A stretch of 20,000 nucleotides of DNA from an uncultured virus (IMG/VR IMGVR_UViG_3300041955_001927). Taxonomy: Duplodnaviria > Heunggongvirae > Uroviricota > Caudoviricetes. The DNA lies in the IMG/VR virus record IMGVR_UViG_3300041955_001927. One strand, given 5' to 3'. The notes under the pieces are model-generated. The model worked only from the letters and a program-made list of their open reading frames with translations. It searched no databases and was not told where the DNA came from. Made by a program: the position numbers and the translations under genes. Below are positions 1-6,337 of the stretch, one piece after another (within the stretch, counting starts at the first letter, position 1; every line of letters begins with the position of its first letter).

Positions 1-7
1 GCGCGCG

Positions 8-763
8 TTGGGACCTTCTGAATTCTCGGCGACGGCCTTCATGTGCGTCTACAACGAAGCCGACATCCTGCCATGGACGCTGGCGCACCTGATCGAGCAG
101 GGCATCGATGTGCATGTGATCGATAACTGGTCGACCGATGGCAGCGATCGTATCGCGCAGCAGTTTCCCCTGGCAGGGTTCGAACGATTCCCGGCGGAAG
201 GAAACGGCCCTATCTTCCGGTGGGAACTACTCCTCCATCGCGTCGAAGATCTGGCAAACGCGTCGCGGGCATCCTGGTGCATTCATAACGACGCCGACGA
301 GATCCGGCGAAGTTCCCGGTCAACTGAGCCGTTGATCGCCGCCCTGCGCAGGATGGACGCCGCCGGCTATAACGCCGCCGATCACAGGGTCTTCTGCTTT
401 CATCCTGTCGATGAGTTGTACGCGGGCGATCCCGAGCCGTATTTCCGCCACTACTCGGAAGACGGCGTGGATAACAGGCTGCCTCATGTCAAAGCCTGGA
501 AGAACCAGGGTCCCGTTTCTCTCGCACGGAGCGGCGGGCATCAGGCCGAATTTTCCGGCCGCAGAATTTGCCCCGAGGCGATGATCCTGAAGCACTACCC
601 CATCCGCTCGTCGCAGCAGGGGGCGCGCAAAGTTCTTCATGAGCGCATGCCCCGGTTCGACCCGCGGGAGCGGGCAAAGAACTGGCATGTCCAGTACGAC
701 CGCCTGGCACAAACACAAGAGTGGGTCCGCGATCCGAAGACGCTCAGGGAGTGGCCGGTTTAG
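8..763 (+). CDS. Glycosyltransferase family 2 (GT-A fold); may start upstream of the window
   Basis: GT2 N-terminal motifs AFMCVYNEADIL and VHVIDNWSTDGS, DxD-like HNDADE, and C-terminal GGH...ILKHY. The frame is open back to the window edge, so the TTG start is uncertain. Confidence 0.88.
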   Translation: MGPSEFSATAFMCVYNEADILPWTLAHLIEQGIDVHVIDNWSTDGSDRIAQQFPLAGFERFPAEGNGPIFRWELLLHRVEDLANASRASWCIHNDADEIRRSSRSTEPLIAALRRMDAAGYNAADHRVFCFHPVDELYAGDPEPYFRHYSEDGVDNRLPHVKAWKNQGPVSLARSGGHQAEFSGRRICPEAMILKHYPIRSSQQGARKVLHERMPRFDPRERAKNWHVQYDRLAQTQEWVRDPKTLREWPV

Positions 764-833
764 CCGGCAGGGCGCGCCGGGAAGCATCGCGGGCCGGAGC
801 GGCAGTTTACAGGGACAAGTGGGGAGACACATT

Positions 834-1649
834 ATGAACCCGACACCACACGGTCGTTATCTGGCAATCGGCACGGCCATCACAGTCATTCTGTCCATCG
901 GCGTTGGGTTCGCTCTGTTCGAGTTAGTGCGGATCGAGCGCAATCTCAATACGTCGGCGGCGGCGAGCGCCGAGACTCTGGCTCTGGTGAACACTGCGCT
1001 GAAAGGCACCCATAAGAACGGTGACGACGGCCTGCTCGTTCTCGCGCGGGTACTGCTTCAGAACAGCGACGGCGCGGCGAACGCGCTGAAACAGACATTG
1101 CAGGACGCCAACAGGATCGCGAAACAGGAGCAGCCGAAAACGGCGGCGCTGGCGGACTCTTCTCTCGCCGCGGTGAGAGCCGGTGGCGAGGTGGTGGTGA
1201 AACTCGGCGCTGCCGTGGACATGCTGAACGGGGTGATCGGCGACGTGCGCACCACCACGCTGCCGAAGCTCAACGCGGGCGTGGATTCGCTGAACGGACT
1301 GGTCGCGGATCTCCGGCCCACCGCGACGGCTTCGACGGATCTCGTTACGCAGGCCGCCGGGGTGGTTGGTGAACTGAAGGGCACCGTGAGCCAAGCGAAC
1401 GCGCTGCTGGCGGACCCGGACATCGCCGCAACGGCCGCCAATCTGGCGAGCATGTCCGCGAACCTGAACGGCGCCGCGCTCCATGCGAATCACGCGCTCG
1501 GGTATATCGAAGCCGACCTGACGCCGAAGAAGCTGCCGTTCTGGCAGGCTGTCGTCTCGACCGCGCTTTCCGAGGCCATCGGGATTCCGCTCAAATACCT
1601 GCCTCAGGCGGTGACCGTCGTTTCGACCGTGCCCGTACCCAAGAAATAG
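834..1649 (+). CDS. N-terminally membrane-anchored, long alpha-helical/coiled-coil protein (271 aa), function unknown
   Basis: GGGGAG RBS at 821-826 before ATG 834. Hydrophobic segment YLAIGTAITVILSIGVGFALFELV is followed by Ala/Leu-rich helical sequence. The ORF-track start at 639 overlaps the GT2 gene and is unlikely. Confidence 0.8.
   Translation: MNPTPHGRYLAIGTAITVILSIGVGFALFELVRIERNLNTSAAASAETLALVNTALKGTHKNGDDGLLVLARVLLQNSDGAANALKQTLQDANRIAKQEQPKTAALADSSLAAVRAGGEVVVKLGAAVDMLNGVIGDVRTTTLPKLNAGVDSLNGLVADLRPTATASTDLVTQAAGVVGELKGTVSQANALLADPDIAATAANLASMSANLNGAALHANHALGYIEADLTPKKLPFWQAVVSTALSEAIGIPLKYLPQAVTVVSTVPVPKK
1518..1649 (+). repeat. Direct repeat A, copy 1 (3' end of the 834-1649 gene)
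   Basis: Aligns with 2329-2463 at 89/96 nt identity over the first 32 codons (manual count). Encodes LTPKKLPFWQAVVSTALSEAIGIPLKYLPQAV...KK*. Confidence 0.95.
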
Positions 1650-1668
1650 AAAAAGGGAGTTCCGAACA

Positions 1669-2298
1669 ATGGACCGAAAATGTCTTCTCGTTTTCTTCCT
1701 CTCCGTCGCGAGTATCTGTGCGCAGCGCCCTCCCGCCGGAGGCCAGATCGCCGGCGTGAGCGGCAATGGAAATATCTCGGTGACCAGCGTCGGCGCTCAG
1801 ACTCCGGGGAGTTGCGTCGCAATCGACGGCAATGGCAACCACGTAGCCACCGGCGTTCCGTGCAGGATTATTGTCCATCAAAGTCAACTGGCGAATGTCC
1901 CGACCAATGGAACGGACCAGACCTTTTTTTCGACTACGATCCTCGCGAACACCATGGGCGCGGGGGGCTGTATTCATGTCGAATTCGTCTTTGCGCAGAC
2001 CGCGGGCGGAGGGACTTCCAAATTTTGGTTTGGAGCAACCTCCGTTGTCATCTATCCCGCCAGCGGGGACACCAGCAACTGGATAGGTTCTGTCAGCATT
2101 TGCAATAACACGGCCGCGACCAATGCCCAGCAGATCGTGGCTACACCCGTCGCCTACGCGGGCGCCAATTTCCTCGCCTGGTTTGGCGGGGCTTTCACTA
2201 CAGCAGCCGCGGACACGACCGGGGCGGTCGTCGTAAAACTCACAGGCACCGGCGGCGTATCGAACGCATATACGCCGATCTCCTGGACCGTGTATTAA
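1669..2298 (+). CDS. Putative secreted beta-rich protein (209 aa), cargo between the repeat A copies
   Basis: AAGGGAG RBS. Signal-peptide-like MDRKCLLVFFLSVASICA|Q, then a Gly/Thr/Val-rich body with a C-x-x-x-D-G-N-G-N...P-C segment. Sampled 60-nt lines are 50-55% GC. Confidence 0.75.
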   Translation: MDRKCLLVFFLSVASICAQRPPAGGQIAGVSGNGNISVTSVGAQTPGSCVAIDGNGNHVATGVPCRIIVHQSQLANVPTNGTDQTFFSTTILANTMGAGGCIHVEFVFAQTAGGGTSKFWFGATSVVIYPASGDTSNWIGSVSICNNTAATNAQQIVATPVAYAGANFLAWFGGAFTTAAADTTGAVVVKLTGTGGVSNAYTPISWTVY

Positions 2299-2328
2299 AG
2301 AGAGCCCAACCGACCTGACTGCGCGGGT

Positions 2329-2463
2329 CTGACGCCGACGAAGCTGCCGTTCTGGCAGGCCGTCGTCTCGGCGGCGCTTTCCCAGGCCATCGGGATTCCG
2401 CTCAAATATCTGCCGCAGGCGGTGCGTGTCGTGAATACGGCCGCGGCGCCCGCAGCCAAATAG
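2329..2463 (+). pseudogene. Direct repeat A, copy 2: orphan, start-less alternative 3' end of the 834-1649 gene
   Basis: Reads LTPTKLPFWQAVVSAALSQAIGIPLKYLPQAVRVVNTAAAPAAK* with its own TAG at 2461-2463, but has no start codon or RBS. Confidence 0.9.
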
Positions 2464-2499
2464 TTCCGCTCCAGAGGAGCAGAAACAAGAGGAAAAAAC

Positions 2500-2865
2500 A
2501 TGTCGAAACTCGGAACAGCATTCACAACAGCCTGGAAAGACATCAAGAAGGTAGCTACGGAGGCCGCGTCGTTCGTCACCTCGAACAGCGCGACCATTCA
2601 GAAAGACGTTGCCATCGGCAGCGCAATCCTCACGACGGCAGTCCCTTCGCTCGCTCCCGCCGTGACGGTGTTCGATTCCGTCGAGGAAGCGGCCATGGGC
2701 GAACTGTGCGCCGTCGCCAGCGACGTGACGAACGCCACTACGCTCGAAGGTCTGTTCGGCGCGGCATGGCCGACCATTCAGGCGCTGGTCAAGACGCTCA
2801 GCACGCATCCCGCGGTGACGGCCGCGCAGGCGCCCACCGCCGCTCCTGCCACCGCTACCGCTTAA
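2500..2865 (+). CDS. Hypothetical Ala/Thr-rich protein (121 aa) with amphipathic N-terminus
   Basis: AGAGGA RBS before ATG 2500 and GC3-biased codons. No family recognised. Confidence 0.75.
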   Translation: MSKLGTAFTTAWKDIKKVATEAASFVTSNSATIQKDVAIGSAILTTAVPSLAPAVTVFDSVEEAAMGELCAVASDVTNATTLEGLFGAAWPTIQALVKTLSTHPAVTAAQAPTAAPATATA

Positions 2866-2874
2866 CCAACCCCA

Positions 2875-3042
2875 ATGACCATCTTCGGAATGCTGCGCAT
2901 CAGGAACGAGGCGCACCGGCGCGTCTTCCTGCTGGATGGCCATTCCGAAGATGGCACGGCGGACGTTCCCGCCGGAGCGAGGCTGCGGCATGCCGGTCCG
3001 CTGGAACTGGTGATGGAGGATGTCAAATGTTTGGGGGCATAG
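2875..3042 (+). pseudogene. Internally deleted GT2 glycosyltransferase remnant (55 aa)
   Basis: Manual translation: MTIFGMLRIRNEAHRRVFLLDGHSEDGTADVPAGARLRHAGPLELVMEDVKCLGA*. The GT2 motifs xxRNEA and VFLLDGHSEDGT are present but juxtaposed, and the DxD core is missing. Confidence 0.65.
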
Positions 3043-3713
3043 GCGCGGGCATTTACGGCCCGAACAGTCTCTATGAATGGCTTGCCGGATACGGCAGCCT
3101 CACTCTCACCGATTCGTCCCCGGTGCAGTCGTTCGTTGAGCCGTTCACGCTGGACGAAGTGAAATCGTTTCTGAAGCTGCCCGCAAGGTCGCCCGCCGAT
3201 CCGGATGAAGACGCACTGGTCGCGGAGCTGATTTCCGCCGCGCGCGTGGTGGCCGAGTTCTATCAGGGCCGCGACCTGGTGCGGAAACAGTGGGACCTGC
3301 ATTTCGATTTCTGGGTCGATTACTTCATTGGGCTGCGCGATCCCCTGGTGTCGGTGGACCTGTTCACGGTGCGGGATTCGACCGGCGATTTCACCACGCT
3401 GGTCGAGAATACCGACTACATCGTCGATCTGGTCAAAAGTCCCGGGTTGGTGGCACCGCCCTATAACGGCATGTGGAAGGCATTCACACCGTGGCCGAGT
3501 TCGGCGATTCTGATCCGGTTCACCAGCGGCTTCGCGAATAATTCCGTCTTCTGGCAGGCGGATGGGCGCGCGGTGAGAGCCGGTATGCGCCGCCTGATTG
3601 TCGACTGGTTCACCAACCGGATGCCGTTCGAGAAGAGTATCGATCCCACCCGGGAACTGCCCTTCGGCGTGACGGCGATGCTGACAACCGGCGCTCTCAA
3701 ACACGTCGGATAG
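3027..3713 (+). CDS. Head-tail connector/adaptor (HK97 gp6 / SPP1 gp15 / phiE125 gp8-like), 228 aa
   Basis: GGAGG RBS at 3015-3019 before ATG 3027. Motifs EPFTLDEVKSFLK, DALVAELISAARVVAE..GR.L and LIVDWFTNR..LPFGV.AML. Confidence 0.88.
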   Translation: MFGGIGAGIYGPNSLYEWLAGYGSLTLTDSSPVQSFVEPFTLDEVKSFLKLPARSPADPDEDALVAELISAARVVAEFYQGRDLVRKQWDLHFDFWVDYFIGLRDPLVSVDLFTVRDSTGDFTTLVENTDYIVDLVKSPGLVAPPYNGMWKAFTPWPSSAILIRFTSGFANNSVFWQADGRAVRAGMRRLIVDWFTNRMPFEKSIDPTRELPFGVTAMLTTGALKHVG

Positions 3714-3716
3714 CGC

Positions 3717-4055
3717 ATGAATTGGCCCTCCATAGATCCCGGCGAGATGCGCCACCAGATCGTCATCCTCCAGCAGCAGCGGTCTTCCGACGCCTCCGGG
3801 AGCGCGGTGACCATGGTGCCGTTCGCGTCGGCCTACGCGAAGATCGTGGTCGTCCGCGGCACCGATGTCATCAAGGCGGGTCAGGTGACGACGCAGCTTT
3901 TCCTGACCATCTCGATCTGGTATCAGGCCGGCATCCTCGCCGACATGCAGGTGCAGGCGATGAACGGCCTCTATGTGATCCAGTCCGTCGAGAACGTTTC
4001 CGAGCTTGACGTTGTACTGGTGCTGAATTGCGTCGCCCTCTCGCAGAACCAATAA
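3717..4055 (+). CDS. Head closure / head-tail joining protein (SPP1 gp16-like)
   Basis: GEMRHQIVILQ..S.DASG, YAKI and YVIQSVENV..LVLNC pattern. Position directly after the connector. Confidence 0.88.
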   Translation: MNWPSIDPGEMRHQIVILQQQRSSDASGSAVTMVPFASAYAKIVVVRGTDVIKAGQVTTQLFLTISIWYQAGILADMQVQAMNGLYVIQSVENVSELDVVLVLNCVALSQNQ

Positions 4056-4058
4056 CCC

Positions 4059-4460
4059 ATGCTCGAAGCCGGGATCGTGTCTCTCGTCATGGCGAATGCG
4101 GGTGTCCTGGCCATCACCACGACCGGTGGCTTCCTTGTGAATCTCCCCAAGGACGAAACGCTGCCGAGCTGGACGCACCAGACAATTTCCGACTCGGGCC
4201 CGTATGCGCTGCGCGGAGAGCACGGTTTCGCGACCCGGCGATTCGAAATCAACTGCTTTGGAAACCAGCGGGCCGATGCCATTTCTCTGGCAGTGGCCAT
4301 CGACGCGGTGCTGAGCGGCTACAAGGGCACGCTCCCCGATGCCGACTCCACCGTCGTCTATGGGTGCTTCCGGTCGGATCGGATGGACGCGCCGTTCGAC
4401 GAAGCCAGCCGCACTTACCGGCGAATGCTTGAGTACGAAATTCAGTATGCCGACGTGTAA
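4059..4460 (+). CDS. Tail terminator / tail completion protein (DUF3168, SPP1 gp17-like)
   Basis: LP...LPSWT.QTISD, RRFEINCFG...A.SLA.AIDAVLSGY and YRRMLEYEI. Position before the tail tube gene. Confidence 0.85.
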   Translation: MLEAGIVSLVMANAGVLAITTTGGFLVNLPKDETLPSWTHQTISDSGPYALRGEHGFATRRFEINCFGNQRADAISLAVAIDAVLSGYKGTLPDADSTVVYGCFRSDRMDAPFDEASRTYRRMLEYEIQYADV

Positions 4461-4493
4461 GTAAACGCCCCCACACATAAGGAGAAACACGAA

Positions 4494-4931
4494 ATGTCTT
4501 TAGCCAATTCCGCCTATGGAGCAGTGTTCTATACCGGGGACGCCTCCAGTCCGACCGACTGGACCGCAGTCCTCGAAATCGCCAGCATCACGAAGAAGAA
4601 TTTGTCGGTCCCGTCCATCGACGTCACTCACCTGAAGTCTCCGAACGCAACCGAGGAGATGGTCCCCGGCATCATCAAACCGGGCACGATGGAACTCACC
4701 GGCAACTTTATCGGCGACACGACGCAGCTTGCCTTTCTCACGTTCGCGCAGGGTCAGACGGTATTCCCGTTCAAGATGACCGCGCCCATGCAAAAGGACA
4801 CGAAGACCCTCACCGTAATCGGCACCTGTTTCGTAACCGAAAACGAGGACGGACCCTATGAAGCGAACAAGAAAATCGACTTCAAGGTCACCCTTCAGGT
4901 CACCGGCACCTCGTCCGTAACCGTCGCGTAG
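4494..4931 (+). CDS. Major tail tube protein (lambda gpV/HK97-like)
   Basis: TAAGGAG RBS. Motifs IDVTHLKSP..TEEMVPGIIKPGTMELTGNF and terminal VTLQVTG. Confidence 0.9.
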   Translation: MSLANSAYGAVFYTGDASSPTDWTAVLEIASITKKNLSVPSIDVTHLKSPNATEEMVPGIIKPGTMELTGNFIGDTTQLAFLTFAQGQTVFPFKMTAPMQKDTKTLTVIGTCFVTENEDGPYEANKKIDFKVTLQVTGTSSVTVA

Positions 4932-4934
4932 TCC

Positions 4935-5612
4935 ATGCTGGCTCACCGGATAACAAAGCCGATCGAGATTCCGGCGGGCGGCGCCAGGTGGCGGATCGCG
5001 TTCACGCACCGGGCTCTTCTCGACATCGAGGAGTTGACGGGGATGGGCGCGATGCAGGTTAACCTGGCGAATCTATCGGCGGGCCTGCTGCGCGCCGTTT
5101 TGTTTGCCGTTCTTCGGGAGGCAGGAGCCGCGACTTCGATCACGGAGGCTGGGGAGATTCTGCGTCCCGGAGCGGTGCCGAAGATCCGCGCTTTGTTGAT
5201 CGAAGCGTGGACGGCTTCGATGCCGGAGACCGACCGCGACGACGAGGAAGAGCCTTCGACCGGAAATGCGGCCGAGCCGCTCACTACGCTGGATGCTTGG
5301 GCCAAGGCGCGGTACGACCTCCGGTTGTCAGACGACGACTGGTTGTCGATGACGCCGCGCATGGTTTATGCCCTCTCGAAGAGACGTCTGGAAAGTGCGC
5401 GCCAGTTCGAGTTGATGGTCGGCGTTCTCTGCGCCCACACGGTCAACCATAGCTTTCACGCTCCCAGAAATTCGACGAATCCGCGATCGTACATGCTGCA
5501 CCCCTGGCCCGAGCGCGCATCGGCACATTCCACAAGGGTGACAGGCGAAACGGTCATGACTGTGTTCGCCGACCTGCTCCCGAAACCTAAGAAAGGCAAA
5601 TCAAAACCGTGA
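4935..5612 (+). CDS. Tail assembly chaperone, apparent in-frame gpG+gpT fusion (225 aa)
   Basis: N-half IAFTHRALLDIEELTG...LSAGLLRAVLFA is G-like. An acidic linker DRDDEEEPSTGN precedes a T-like half, WAKARYDLRLSDDDWLSMTPR. Lies between tube and TMP. Confidence 0.75.
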   Translation: MLAHRITKPIEIPAGGARWRIAFTHRALLDIEELTGMGAMQVNLANLSAGLLRAVLFAVLREAGAATSITEAGEILRPGAVPKIRALLIEAWTASMPETDRDDEEEPSTGNAAEPLTTLDAWAKARYDLRLSDDDWLSMTPRMVYALSKRRLESARQFELMVGVLCAHTVNHSFHAPRNSTNPRSYMLHPWPERASAHSTRVTGETVMTVFADLLPKPKKGKSKP

Positions 5613-5905
5613 AAACCTCCACGCTTGTAATCGACAATGAAACCCTGACGCTGGCATACGATTTCAATGCCATCGCCGACGCCGAGAGAATTGCCGGATG
5701 TAACCTGCTTGCGGCACTCGAGAACCTCGCCGACATCTCCGCCATTCAGTTGCGAGGCTTGCTCTACGCCGCCATCGTGACGGAACCGCCGGACGTCAGG
5801 CCAACGCTGGTGGATTGCGGGAATCTGATCCGACTGGATACGATCGCCGCCGTGACCATGGCGCTCGCCAAAGCGTATGAGTTGGCCACGCCCGGCGCCG
5901 TTTAA
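5609..5905 (+). CDS. Second tail assembly chaperone, stand-alone gpG-like paralog (98 aa)
   Basis: GTG start overlaps the upstream TGA, with an AAGAAAGG RBS. LAYDFNAIADAERIAG..NLADISAIQLRGLLYAA aligns by eye with the N-half of 4935-5612. Confidence 0.75.
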   Translation: MKTSTLVIDNETLTLAYDFNAIADAERIAGCNLLAALENLADISAIQLRGLLYAAIVTEPPDVRPTLVDCGNLIRLDTIAAVTMALAKAYELATPGAV

Positions 5906-5909
5906 CCAA

Positions 5910-6335
5910 ATGTCCTCCACCGGGATGGTAGTCACGGGCCTGAAGGAATGCATCGAGATGGTGGAGGAAGCTCCGCGGAACATCGTGATGCTGGGCTACG
6001 CGCGCGCACTGGCTGCCGGGATCTACGTGATCGCGGAAGCGGTTGTTTCGCGCGCTCCGGTGGAGACCGGCGACATGGCCAAGGCACTTGTGATCAACGT
6101 TGAGATCAATCAGACGAGCCTCAACGGGATGGCCGAGATGGGTTTCGGCAAGCAGGACCACGTTGCGATGTGGGTCGAGTACGGCCACCGCATGGTGGGC
6201 CACAGGCCTGGGAAAAAGGTGCTCGGCGATGTGCCGCCGCATCCGTTCATGCGGCCCGGGTTTGACGCCTCGGCCGAAGCGGCGATTGGCGCCTTCATCG
6301 AGTCCCTGAGTGCCACGTTGAAATCGGAATACTGA
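5910..6335 (+). CDS. HK97 gp10-like tail component/neck protein (141 aa)
   Basis: V.GLKE, RAPVETGDM, WVEYGH and PPHPFMRPGFD motifs. Start moved to ATG 5910, just after the upstream TAA. Confidence 0.88.
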   Translation: MSSTGMVVTGLKECIEMVEEAPRNIVMLGYARALAAGIYVIAEAVVSRAPVETGDMAKALVINVEINQTSLNGMAEMGFGKQDHVAMWVEYGHRMVGHRPGKKVLGDVPPHPFMRPGFDASAEAAIGAFIESLSATLKSEY

Positions 6336-6337
6336 CC

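Noticed and set aside
1924..1930. T7 homopolymer as a phase-variation tract
   Set aside because: Short, in frame (Phe-Phe-Ser), and there is no evidence of length variation from a single sequence.
1518..2463. Repeat A as a DGR template/variable repeat pair
   Set aside because: Mismatches are not adenine-specific (T/C, C/G, G/C, C/T and T/G occur), several are synonymous third positions, and no reverse transcriptase is in the window.
2706..3026. ORF-track N-terminal extension of the head-tail connector
   Set aside because: It overlaps two other reading frames and is Arg-rich junk. The GGAGG RBS supports ATG 3027.
5580..5612. Programmed -1 frameshift joining 4935-5612 to 5609-5905
   Set aside because: The downstream gene is in the -1 frame, but there is no canonical X XXY YYZ heptamer after the last -1-frame TAA, and it has its own RBS and a GTGA overlap.
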